Virus record (IMG/VR): IMGVR_UViG_3300006737_000032
Span: 1-62,439 of that record
Reading direction: 5' to 3' (one strand)
From: a virus
Taxonomy: Duplodnaviria > Caudoviricetes
Length of the DNA: 62,439 nt
Shown here: piece after piece, positions 47,816 through 56,285 of the stretch
Numbering within the stretch: the stretch's first letter is position 1
Layout of the letters: each line of letters starts with the position of its first letter
Translations under genes and position numbers: made by a program
Notes under the pieces: generated by a model
Seen by the model: only the letters and a program-made list of their open reading frames with translations
What the model was told of the DNA's origin: nothing
The model's database searches: none

Positions 47816-50250
47816 TATTCAGCGAATAGTTTGTCTATTAGTTTTGTAGGCCCTTTCTGAACCTCTTCTCTTTTGCCCTGGCGTTGAGAAATGAGCTTGC
47901 TCTGATCTGACGTTTGAGTGGAGAGTCTGTCATCTTTTCTGTCTTCTTTCAGAACCTCAAGCTTTTCTCTAAACTCCTGGTCTTCTTCTCTGAATCCAAG
48001 CGTAGCCTTGGCCTTAATCATCTCGATTTCTTTTCTAAACTCGTGACGCATTGTTTCGAGCTTAGTCTCCATTTCGTTTTTGACCTTCATCTTTTCAATG
48101 TCAAGCTTGGCTTCCATCTCAGCCTCTTTCATTTTGAGCTGTGAGCTGGCCTGAGCCGCTTGCATAGCCTCTTGCTTTTGCACGTCAGAGTTTTGTTTTG
48201 CCTGAGCTTGCATGCGCTGCATGCGTTTTTTTCTTCTGACGATAAGCAGTCGTTCAGCTTGGTTTACATCTTTGAGCTGCCGAATTGCAATGGCGTCTTC
48301 AAGATCAATTTCTTTTTGCTGAATCGCCATCTGAATGTTTTGCTCTAAATATGCTTTGTCTTTTTCCTCCATGTCTTTGGAGATTACCACTCCAAAATTG
48401 TACATGGGCAGATCATCAAACGATGTTAGAGCATCCATGTTTTCATCACCAAGAGCTCTTACGTAGGCCTGATGAAGAACAGACTCCTTTGGAATAATCT
48501 GAACGCACTTGACAATGTCTTCACAAACCTTTTTGTAAAGGTTGAGTGCAGCATTTGTGATGTCGTATGTGGCATTATTGCTTGCAGCAATTGCTTGTTG
48601 CTGAACACCAACAAGAGCATCACCCTTTGGAGTAGACGCATCCACAGCTTCATTGATTCCCGTAGTGTCTCGAATCATTCTAAGGTAGTGGTTGTACAAA
48701 CCAATCAGCTCATTGATGTTTCGAATGCTGTTTCCAATCTCTCTTACTGGAGGATTTTGGAATCCACCCTCTGGGTTCTTGCTTCTGTAGTAGAAGACAC
48801 CTGTTTGTTCGTAGATATCATGAAGATCCAATGGCTGAAGCTCACCACCCTTTCCAAGCTGAACGTTTTCCAGCCCCTCAATATCAATAATCAATCCGTC
48901 AGGCTTAGCCTTAGCAATAGCTTGCTGAATCTTCAAGTGGGTGAGTTGCAACATGTCCGCAAATCCAGTGCAGCTATCAACCATTGACTTCGGGATCATA
49001 TCCTGAATGTTGGTTGATGTTACCGAATAAGACAACCTGGCTCTAGTCAAGTCATGCATATTCTTTGGAATGTTCTTTTTCTTGCCGTATCCAAACATAT
49101 AGGGGCACTCAAGAACATAGCTGCCTTCATAGACAACTTCAATATCCATGCAGGTAGACTCTCTCTTAAAGACGCTGCCTTTGGGCTTTTTGTAATTAAA
49201 GCCCTTGTAGAAGAAGTTAGACCCGCCATGGCGATTCTCTTTTTCTTCAAAATGCATTGTCTCTACAGTCAGAAACTCAAAGTCAAGAACAGACACAGTG
49301 TACTCGTCATAGCCATAGTACATAGAGTTTGTATCTGTGTCATAGTGCTTCTTATTGTACTTTGAGTGGTTGTTTCCATCTCTACCTTTAACCTTGTCTG
49401 CAATCTTTTGAAGATCATTTTCGTCAAGCTCATCGCCAGCCAAACGCCTGAGTTCTGCAATAGTGACTTTTTTGATGTGACCCGCATAGGTCAAGTCGTT
49501 AAAGCCAGGATCTTCCGTGTAGTTGTGAATAAACATTACGGGGTCTACGTACTCCGTCGTAATGCCATAGTTTGGATCGTTAGTTCTTTTGACAACGCTC
49601 ATTCCAAGGCCTACCAAATCGCTCACACAGCGTCTAAATATCTTCTCAGAAAAATCATTCCAAGTAAGAGTCAGGTGAGTTGCCATTTGCGCAGAAATCT
49701 CTGCGCCAGTTTTGACGTTATCACCAAACAGAATATCAACTTCTTCTTTACTGTCGGGAAGTGTGTTGGGGTCCTGTCCAAGGTCGAGACCAGTTCGCTG
49801 CTTAAAATCAACAAGCAAGTCCTTGTTCTTGACTTGAGCCTGTACAAACTTCTTCTGTCTATTCTTCTCGGAAGAAGACAGCGGATCAACAGCCTCAAGA
49901 TTGGGGTACAGGTTGGTCCCAAGAATTTTGTTTACTACGACACGAACAAACTTAGGCAAAACAGGAACTGGGGTGTAGTCAATGTTCATCAGGCTGCCGT
50001 CCCCATTGTTAGGGTCAAGGCTGCTCAGAAGTTGTTTGTAGATATTTGTATCTTGTGTTCCAGTGGCATACCTTCGGCTTCTTTCAAAAAGTCTATTTCG
50101 TTTGCCGAGAAGAGACCCTGTGTCCGTCATTCTCCCCCACTGAGAATCAATAGCTTTGGCATACTGGATGCCATAGTTTTTGCTTGACTTCTCTTCTGGC
50201 GAAGCAAGCGGATCTGGAAACCCCTTAATTGTTCCTTGGTTGTCTTGCAT
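47815..50250 (-). CDS. portal protein
   Basis: 811 aa directly after the terminase; PVLPKFV, N.YL.MIRD.TGINEA.D, C-terminal coiled coil. Confidence 0.85.
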   Translation of the reverse strand: MQDNQGTIKGFPDPLASPEEKSSKNYGIQYAKAIDSQWGRMTDTGSLLGKRNRLFERSRRYATGTQDTNIYKQLLSSLDPNNGDGSLMNIDYTPVPVLPKFVRVVVNKILGTNLYPNLEAVDPLSSSEKNRQKKFVQAQVKNKDLLVDFKQRTGLDLGQDPNTLPDSKEEVDILFGDNVKTGAEISAQMATHLTLTWNDFSEKIFRRCVSDLVGLGMSVVKRTNDPNYGITTEYVDPVMFIHNYTEDPGFNDLTYAGHIKKVTIAELRRLAGDELDENDLQKIADKVKGRDGNNHSKYNKKHYDTDTNSMYYGYDEYTVSVLDFEFLTVETMHFEEKENRHGGSNFFYKGFNYKKPKGSVFKRESTCMDIEVVYEGSYVLECPYMFGYGKKKNIPKNMHDLTRARLSYSVTSTNIQDMIPKSMVDSCTGFADMLQLTHLKIQQAIAKAKPDGLIIDIEGLENVQLGKGGELQPLDLHDIYEQTGVFYYRSKNPEGGFQNPPVREIGNSIRNINELIGLYNHYLRMIRDTTGINEAVDASTPKGDALVGVQQQAIAASNNATYDITNAALNLYKKVCEDIVKCVQIIPKESVLHQAYVRALGDENMDALTSFDDLPMYNFGVVISKDMEEKDKAYLEQNIQMAIQQKEIDLEDAIAIRQLKDVNQAERLLIVRRKKRMQRMQAQAKQNSDVQKQEAMQAAQASSQLKMKEAEMEAKLDIEKMKVKNEMETKLETMRHEFRKEIEMIKAKATLGFREEDQEFREKLEVLKEDRKDDRLSTQTSDQSKLISQRQGKREEVQKGPTKLIDKLFAE

Positions 50251-50279
50251 TTCGCAGAAATTACTCGCGTATAGTATTG

Positions 50280-50287
50280 CAAATATA
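50280..50287 (-). promoter_or_regulatory. Bacteroidota -7 promoter element TATATTTG
   Basis: TAnnTTTG upstream of the portal gene. Confidence 0.6.
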
Positions 50288-50292
50288 GGGAA

Positions 50293-52413
50293 TCAACCGA
50301 TTACCTTATATCGCCTGAAAAACTTGCTCTCTGCAAAGTCTTTCTTTGGTTTTTGTTTTTGTTTTTGCGCAGCAAGAAGGCATAACCCAGAACTAATTGT
50401 AAGGTCAAACTTAGTTCTGTTGTCAATCCTAAAACCAATCCAGTCTTCTAGCGTTCTGTTGAAGTACATAGCGCCAAACTCACCAGTGTCTGCGTTAAAC
50501 CCAACGTGCTCGTGAATAAAAGCTTCAATAGCTTGAGCATGAGCTTGGATAACGTCTTGTGAATTAGACGGTATACCCTTTGTTTTTACCTTAGAAACGC
50601 CTGATGAAGATTTTAGGTGGGACGGTCTTCCTAGCAGGTAGCCATCGTAGCCCCTTTGTTCAAAATATCTGGCTATCCCATACTTGTTGTTCTCAATTAG
50701 GAGGGGGTATCCGTAAAACACAGCAGCCATCAAACAATCCTCATAGAAGATACTAGCAAGTGGTGGGCGAGACGCATACTCAACAACAAATATGTTGCAC
50801 GGATGGTGCATGTTGAATTTATTGTACAAATGCATGGCACCCTTGGAACCTCTTCCATCAACTGTGGCATCAAGATCATAGGAGTCAATACCGCCGACGC
50901 CTAGCCATGGATGCGGTGGGACCCTCTTTCCCCGCTCCAACTTTTCTTTGCTCCTTAGTTCGTCTGGCGGCATCCAAGCGACCCTAAACCTACCGTTAGG
51001 GTCAGGCTTAAATACAACCTTGGTATCTTTCTGGCCGTTTTGCCATACAAAGTTTCCTACAACAACTGGATTTGGATACAGCTCATCGTTGCTTTGGATC
51101 TGCTCATAGATCTTTGCAATATTAAAGGTACTGCCCTGAACGCTGTCTCTGAACGCTTCATCTTCTGTAAATGGGAACTGTCGGATAACCTCATTTAATT
51201 CAGTAGCGTTGTCCGTCAGGGCTTGACGCTCGTTCTTGAGGTACGTCCTAGCCCCCATGTATATGTCTTCGCCATCAAGACCTTCTGCAGTTTTGATTGG
51301 ATCATTCACAATCGGATTGCCATGCCTATCAAAAAAACCTTCTAGAGACTCAAACGCAGGAATAAACAATCTATACAGACCCGTCTTCGTTCTTCCATTC
51401 GCATTCCTCTCTATAGGATTCGAGTCCCTCCATAATTCTTTGTACTCTTTTCCGCCCTTGTCCATTGGATTTACCGTGCTTCCGACCAGGGCCTTTCCGA
51501 TTATTTTTCGCCCGACGATCAAACACGTCCGTTGAATCCTCCAGGCATCTCTTATGTCTGTAGGTCTTTCCCATTTTCCAGCCTCATCGAGGTACAAGAT
51601 ATGGAGCTTCTCTCCATCGTAAGCATTGTTTGTGGTGTTCTTCCAGTTGACTATCGTATTAAGAGCTTCGCCCGTTTGCGCAGTCTTATTCTTCTTCGTG
51701 ATTCTCTTACTTGGCTCGCGAAAAGCCAACTCCATGCGTGGGTTAGTGGTACCATCTTGAATGGGCTTGAAGAAAAAGGGGTAGTGGCGGAACATGTAGA
51801 CCACCTTCTTCATGAATATATTTTCTTGTGCGTCCTTACCAGTCTTTGACTGGATACCTAGGAGCTTATCTTTGACCTGCGTGGCTTCATCAAGAAGCAC
51901 AGCGGAGCAGATATTGGTGTACCCACTCCGCCTACACTTAGTGTACAGCTGTCCGATACAGCGGGGGTCCGCCTCACACGCAGCTAAATGTAAGAAAATA
52001 TCTCTTTGGAAACTCAAGAAGTTCGGATAACCTATGTCCATCCGAGTCCACTGAAGCATCATGTAGTGCCTGCCCGTAATATATGTAGGCTTACCGTCAT
52101 TGTAAAACCAAAAGCCGTTACGCCTACGGCTAAATTCCTTCTCGATATACGGAGAAAACTTTTGTCTGAACTCTCTCGGCGTTTCAGACCATTCGTCCAT
52201 ACTCTTAACCCTAGACAGCTCCTCTGGCATAGAAACCCTCTGCCACAGCTGCATGTCGTTTGGACGTCCATATCCTTCAATCTCCTCTTTGGGAGGCTGA
52301 GCGGGAAGTGCAATGAGTATATCACCGACCGAAATAATGTCTCCCGTTGTACCCTCGGGGCAAATTGAGATAACAGCCTCATCGTATTCTTGTATGTTTA
52401 GGAGTCCAGCCAT
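50293..52413 (-). CDS. terL: terminase large subunit
   Basis: KCRRSGYT Walker A-like, YLDEAGKW Walker B, VGST motif, nuclease GIDSYD, IENN, FDLTIS. Confidence 0.9.
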   Translation of the reverse strand: MAGLLNIQEYDEAVISICPEGTTGDIISVGDILIALPAQPPKEEIEGYGRPNDMQLWQRVSMPEELSRVKSMDEWSETPREFRQKFSPYIEKEFSRRRNGFWFYNDGKPTYITGRHYMMLQWTRMDIGYPNFLSFQRDIFLHLAACEADPRCIGQLYTKCRRSGYTNICSAVLLDEATQVKDKLLGIQSKTGKDAQENIFMKKVVYMFRHYPFFFKPIQDGTTNPRMELAFREPSKRITKKNKTAQTGEALNTIVNWKNTTNNAYDGEKLHILYLDEAGKWERPTDIRDAWRIQRTCLIVGRKIIGKALVGSTVNPMDKGGKEYKELWRDSNPIERNANGRTKTGLYRLFIPAFESLEGFFDRHGNPIVNDPIKTAEGLDGEDIYMGARTYLKNERQALTDNATELNEVIRQFPFTEDEAFRDSVQGSTFNIAKIYEQIQSNDELYPNPVVVGNFVWQNGQKDTKVVFKPDPNGRFRVAWMPPDELRSKEKLERGKRVPPHPWLGVGGIDSYDLDATVDGRGSKGAMHLYNKFNMHHPCNIFVVEYASRPPLASIFYEDCLMAAVFYGYPLLIENNKYGIARYFEQRGYDGYLLGRPSHLKSSSGVSKVKTKGIPSNSQDVIQAHAQAIEAFIHEHVGFNADTGEFGAMYFNRTLEDWIGFRIDNRTKFDLTISSGLCLLAAQKQKQKPKKDFAESKFFRRYKVIG

Positions 52414-52424
52414 GAATTAAATTG

Positions 52425-52498
52425 TGCGCCTGTCAGGACTCGAACCTGAAACCTGCGCATTAGAAGTGCGCTGCTCTATCCTGTTGAGCTACAGGCGC
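52425..52498 (-). tRNA. tRNA-Arg(TCT)
   Basis: Canonical cloverleaf: GCGCCTG/CAGGCGC acceptor, GCGCA-CTTCTAA-TGCGC anticodon arm, GGTTCGAGTCC T arm; no encoded CCA. Confidence 0.95.
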
Positions 52499-52508
52499 GT
52501 ATTAAAAA

Positions 52509-52516
52509 CAAAGATA
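52509..52516 (-). promoter_or_regulatory. Bacteroidota -7 promoter element TATCTTTG
   Basis: TAnnTTTG 10 nt upstream of tRNA-Arg. Confidence 0.55.
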
Positions 52517-52522
52517 ACAAAG

Positions 52523-52599
52523 TCCGCGAGGCGGGGCTTGAACCCGCGTGTAACCAACTACCCTTTCTACAAGGTATAAGCTTGAGGGGATACTCGCGG
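52523..52599 (-). ncRNA. non-canonical tRNA-like RNA, UAU (Ile) anticodon
   Basis: CCGCGAG/CTCGCGG acceptor, GCGGG-TTCAAGC-CCCGC T arm, CAAG-CTTATAC-CTTG anticodon arm, no conventional D arm. Confidence 0.75.
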
Positions 52600-52944
52600 T
52601 TATGAGTTGCGACGATTGTGAGTTTGTTTTCTGTGGCAGTTGGCGCAACGCACTTGGCACTTTCGAATCTCTTTCTTTATTGTGTCCATACCATAAGACT
52701 GGTTTACCATATCTGCAATGTTGTGAACTTTCTCACCGCACACATGATCAAACTCCAAGACAATTGGATCTGATTCTCCGCAATCGACACAAGAAAGTTT
52801 GCTTTTAATTCTTTGGATAAACTCTCGGGCCCACTTTCTTTGGTTCCTGTTTCTTCTTTTAGCCCTGACCTTATACTGCTCTTTGTACTTTTCGTAATGA
52901 GCAGCAGAAGCTTTTCTTTGATCTTCGCGGTCTTTGTAGGGCAT
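52600..52944 (-). CDS. HNH endonuclease
   Basis: CVDCG..LEFDHV..C.VRCANCHR. Confidence 0.85.
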   Translation of the reverse strand: MPYKDREDQRKASAAHYEKYKEQYKVRAKRRNRNQRKWAREFIQRIKSKLSCVDCGESDPIVLEFDHVCGEKVHNIADMVNQSYGMDTIKKEIRKCQVRCANCHRKQTHNRRNS

Positions 52945-53234
52945 TACTTCGAGAATCTTTCGGCAAATCCGCCTGAATAGTCTTTGGCTTCTTCTAACTC
53001 TCCATTGCTCTTTAGATCGTTGATCATTTGCTCAAGGCGCTGGCGCTCCACAAGCAGCTCTTTGCAATCAGTGGCCGTTTGCTTGATAGACTGTAGTTCA
53101 GCCTTTCGTGCGCTACCATTGATGTCTGGATCAACAGGCTTTTTGATTTCGTCGATCATGTTGTTGATAGCAGCCTCCATGGACGACATTAGCCTTCCAG
53201 CAGCCTCAATCGTTGTGAACTTCTTCTTCGACAT
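52944..53234 (-). CDS. hypothetical, terminase small subunit candidate
   Basis: 96-aa helical protein upstream of terL; GFAERFSK tail; function inferred from position only. Confidence 0.5.
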   Translation of the reverse strand: MSKKKFTTIEAAGRLMSSMEAAINNMIDEIKKPVDPDINGSARKAELQSIKQTATDCKELLVERQRLEQMINDLKSNGELEEAKDYSGGFAERFSK

Positions 53235-53802
53235 ACATTAGGTCTTCGACACGGGTGCGGTAGTATTCCGTTCCGTCAATCTTGATACGATAGTCTCTGT
53301 TTTCCTTGAAACAAACGACGTCGCCTTTCTTTACGCCAATAGCCTTCAAATGTTTCGAGTCAAAGGCAACCTTGCCCTTTGTTGGAAGCTTTTCTTTGAG
53401 CGATACGATTTGGACTTCTGTCTCTTCCTTTTCTTCTTCAACAGGAAGCAACAGACTCCAGCCATCAAGTGGGGTAATCTTACCCTTCTTATTCTTATAG
53501 GCAATCGCCTGATTGTTTACTGCGTGCTCTGGATCAAACTTTACAAAGTAACTGTCATCTATGCCCGTAAGCTTTTGTCCGCCCTGCATAACAACAAGGT
53601 GATGAAAGTACAGCGTATCTCCAACCTTTACAGGTGTCTTATACTTGGCTGGCGTAGCGATGACGGGACCGTCGGTTACCCGATTATTAAACTCACCCAT
53701 TTCAAATCGGGTGTCAATAAACAGTTCAACACCACCTTTCGTGGTGATTGTATCGTTGATGGGTTTGTCCAGCTCAACGATAAACATATTTAGCGACCTC
53801 AT
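53206..53802 (-). CDS. GroES-like co-chaperonin (tandem domains)
   Basis: TKGGVELF..GPVIA..VKVGDTLYF, then GKV..GVKKGDVVCF..EYYRTRVEDL. Confidence 0.65.
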   Translation of the reverse strand: MRSLNMFIVELDKPINDTITTKGGVELFIDTRFEMGEFNNRVTDGPVIATPAKYKTPVKVGDTLYFHHLVVMQGGQKLTGIDDSYFVKFDPEHAVNNQAIAYKNKKGKITPLDGWSLLLPVEEEKEETEVQIVSLKEKLPTKGKVAFDSKHLKAIGVKKGDVVCFKENRDYRIKIDGTEYYRTRVEDLMYVEEEVHND

Positions 53803-53948
53803 TGTTTGTACGGAAACTTATCGTTCAGATACTCTTTCCGCTGCTCGCATCCACAGTCTTTGGACACACGCTCTACCAGTCTTTTAAGTCCAGTTGCCTT
53901 GGTAAACTTCTCGACAGTATCGCCAAGGCCTTTTGATTTGTGGCTCAT
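53799..53948 (-). CDS. small conserved phage protein (49 aa)
   Basis: Read by hand: MSHKSKGLGDTVEKFTKATGLK..DCGCEQRKEYLN. Confidence 0.7.
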   Translation of the reverse strand: MSHKSKGLGDTVEKFTKATGLKRLVERVSKDCGCEQRKEYLNDKFPYKQ

Positions 53949-53950
53949 AA

Positions 53951-54190
53951 TTAAAAATTTAAGTCAAATTCAATAATGCATGGCATATCATCGACAGACT
54001 TCCACAGCACATTTGCCCCATCTTCTTCTTCGAGGTACACCAGATATCTGTTCTTGCCATGTCTGTACAAGAACGCCTCGTCATTAACAATCGCACTAAC
54101 CTTGCTGCTACCAGCCCGCATGCCGACGTAGTACGCCATGGCATCTTTAGGGTCTCGACCAATAATGATCTTACGAATAACTCCTTCCAT
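53951..54190 (-). CDS. conserved phage hypothetical protein
   Basis: IRKIIIGRDPKDAMAYYVG..LWK..MPCIIEFDLNF. Confidence 0.7.
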   Translation of the reverse strand: MEGVIRKIIIGRDPKDAMAYYVGMRAGSSKVSAIVNDEAFLYRHGKNRYLVYLEEEDGANVLWKSVDDMPCIIEFDLNF

Positions 54191-54484
54191 TTAATTTAAA
54201 CTTATGCCCAGCCCGTCTAGCAAGTCATTGATGTCTGGGCCTTCAGGATCTTTATATGTGTCGCTTGCAAAGTTAAGCAACTCTTCGAGTTCTTCTCTGT
54301 TGTTGAGATTGTAACCATAGATGGCTCTGAGCTGACTCGTGTCTGGGTCTGGACCTTCTGATGGTTCAACCACCCCGACGACAAACAAAGACATCACCTC
54401 ATCCCGCACCCCGTACTCGTCAATCAGGCTGTCCATCTCTACTGCAAGTCTCTGAATTTCAAAAAGAAAACCGTCCTTCTCCAT
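54191..54484 (-). CDS. acidic hypothetical protein
   Basis: Likely start MEKDGF at 54484. Confidence 0.6.
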   Translation of the reverse strand: MEKDGFLFEIQRLAVEMDSLIDEYGVRDEVMSLFVVGVVEPSEGPDPDTSQLRAIYGYNLNNREELEELLNFASDTYKDPEGPDINDLLDGLGISLN

Positions 54485-54491
54485 ACCTTTG
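54484..54491 (+). promoter_or_regulatory. Bacteroidota -7 promoter element TACCTTTG
   Basis: TAnnTTTG upstream of the lone + strand gene in the late block. Confidence 0.55.
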
Positions 54492-54512
54492 TGCTTATCC
54501 AAGTTTATTTCA

Positions 54513-54932
54513 ATGCCACATAAGAGGTCCAACAATAAGATGTTCCGTGAGTTCTCACGCCTCAATCAAAGGTACGTAAAAAGAAACTACCTCAAGAACC
54601 TGAGAACTACCATGGACGAGTTTTGCGAACAGCATGAGGTCTTTGAAAAAGAGCTGATGTTTATGCTGTGGTGCTATGATCTAGAGTTCTGGACACTGAA
54701 ATATGCAGCACAAGACTTTAAGGTATCAACCAAACATGTGGGTGGTAGATATGTATACCCGCTCATGAAAGAGGGGTACGTATACAAGTACTTTGATAAG
54801 CTAACGCCCTCCAATACAAGAGAAGATCACTTGTTTAGAGACGAGCTCAAGTACAACTACAGGGTTAGGTACTCTCTGTCGCAGAAAGGCCGCCTGCTAG
54901 TACAGAGATTTTACAGAGAGTTCGAAGACTAA
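54513..54932 (+). CDS. winged-helix (MarR-like) DNA-binding protein
   Basis: PLMKEGYV..RYSLSQKGRLLV wing motif; divergent orientation. Confidence 0.55.
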   Translation: MPHKRSNNKMFREFSRLNQRYVKRNYLKNLRTTMDEFCEQHEVFEKELMFMLWCYDLEFWTLKYAAQDFKVSTKHVGGRYVYPLMKEGYVYKYFDKLTPSNTREDHLFRDELKYNYRVRYSLSQKGRLLVQRFYREFED

Positions 54933-54933
54933 G

Positions 54934-55413
54934 TCAGAGCGACTTAAACATCACTTCGTAGTACGTCTTGCCTTCATCGTCGCGACAAGCCTTGAGGCAC
55001 CTTTTACGATTAACGCCATCATGAACATAACTGATGTGAACCCAATCAGGATTGTTGTCATCACCAAATTCCCACACCATCTGATCAAACGTAACATTCT
55101 CTCGTAGCCATTCGAAGATTTCAGCGTTTGTACAGCCTCCGAACACGTCTGCATCAAGGTCAAGTGCTCGTCCCTCCATATGTTGGCTGCGATTTGAGCC
55201 ACCGATTGCACGGTTGAGCTCAGGCCCACGATAGCCTGACGACACGTATATAGGGCACCCGAAAGCGTCCCTAAGAGGTTGAAATACGTGTTCTGCAATC
55301 GACTTAAGATTTTCGATAACCCACTCATCATCAGGTGTATTATTGATCCCAAGGCGGGATGCTGTTGTGCTCTTGGTGCATTCAGCAAGAGTAAGATTCT
55401 TTGACAGCTTCAT
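54934..55413 (-). CDS. endolysin, peptidase M15A family
   Basis: SSGYR..LN..IGG...SQH..GRALD, FDQ..WE, WVHISY. Confidence 0.9.
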   Translation of the reverse strand: MKLSKNLTLAECTKSTTASRLGINNTPDDEWVIENLKSIAEHVFQPLRDAFGCPIYVSSGYRGPELNRAIGGSNRSQHMEGRALDLDADVFGGCTNAEIFEWLRENVTFDQMVWEFGDDNNPDWVHISYVHDGVNRKRCLKACRDDEGKTYYEVMFKSL

Positions 55414-55420
55414 TTATTGT

Positions 55421-55810
55421 TTATTCGTAAGCCCCGCAGCCAGCGCCCTGACATCCAGCGCTTTTTCCCTGACCCCCACTAAAATCCTTTTTTCTGCCTC
55501 TGCTTTTAATGGCCTTGATGGGATTTAGGGTTCGATTTGCTCGCCTCTTTCTGCGATTTTCTCTTCTTCTCTTTCGCTTTGCCTTTCTTCGCAGTTGCTC
55601 TTGCAGCTTCTTAATACCCTCGGCGCCTCCACCAGTTCTTCGAATCGTTCTGTCAACCTTTCTCTCTTCTTTTTTAAGTTCTTTCGTGAACTTTTTGTCA
55701 CCCCTAAGAACAGCAGCTTTAGACTTGTCTTGCTCTTCCTTGGTCATGGCAAAAGGGTTGCCTTCGGGACCACCGTGTTTTCCGCCGTGCTTATACTTCT
55801 TTACTTCCAT
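55421..55810 (-). CDS. basic hypothetical protein
   Basis: Lys/Arg-rich, YKHGG motif. Confidence 0.65.
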   Translation of the reverse strand: MEVKKYKHGGKHGGPEGNPFAMTKEEQDKSKAAVLRGDKKFTKELKKEERKVDRTIRRTGGGAEGIKKLQEQLRRKAKRKRRRENRRKRRANRTLNPIKAIKSRGRKKDFSGGQGKSAGCQGAGCGAYE

Positions 55811-56259
55811 TATGTTGCTACTGCAAAGATTTCTACATCAGCAGTTTCTCCACCCGTTCCTGTCGCGTCGGCACTGATAAAGTCGATCTGTGAAAGAGAA
55901 ATGGTTGTGTTTACGGCGGCGGAGTCGCAATCCATCTTGTCATTAAAGATAATGTACGACTCAGACCCGCCGAGCTGAACAAAGTATTCCTTGGTATTTG
56001 CTGTATCCTGAATCCGAAGGTCAACAGTATTCGACGCAGCCAAGTTTGTAATTCTCAAATACTGCAGAGTGGTGTCTGCAATTGCCCCACCCGATGGGTT
56101 GGTAGCCTGAAACTCAAGAATGTTTTGCTCGGTGTTTGTAACAGTGAGGACCCTGGTGAACACTTCGCTTACACTACTAATGCTAAGCTGGTTTTTGTTT
56201 CCACGGTCCTTGCCGTTGATCGTCAACTCCTCTTGAATGGTAACGGTCATTGTAGCCAT
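55810..56259 (-). CDS. small structural protein
   Basis: MATMTVTIQEELTING..YLRITNL..DVEIFAV. Confidence 0.65.
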   Translation of the reverse strand: MATMTVTIQEELTINGKDRGNKNQLSISSVSEVFTRVLTVTNTEQNILEFQATNPSGGAIADTTLQYLRITNLAASNTVDLRIQDTANTKEYFVQLGGSESYIIFNDKMDCDSAAVNTTISLSQIDFISADATGTGGETADVEIFAVAT

Positions 56260-56263
56260 GCGT

Positions 56264-56271
56264 CAAAGATA
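56264..56271 (-). promoter_or_regulatory. Bacteroidota -7 promoter element TATCTTTG
   Basis: TAnnTTTG 4 nt before ATG 56259. Confidence 0.6.
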
Positions 56272-56285
56272 ATGAATTTACTGTA

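Noticed and set aside
49366-50187. Long antisense ORFs (also 119-859, 17782-18597, 35734-36387)
   Set aside because: They shadow well-supported genes on the other strand and have no motifs or expression signals.
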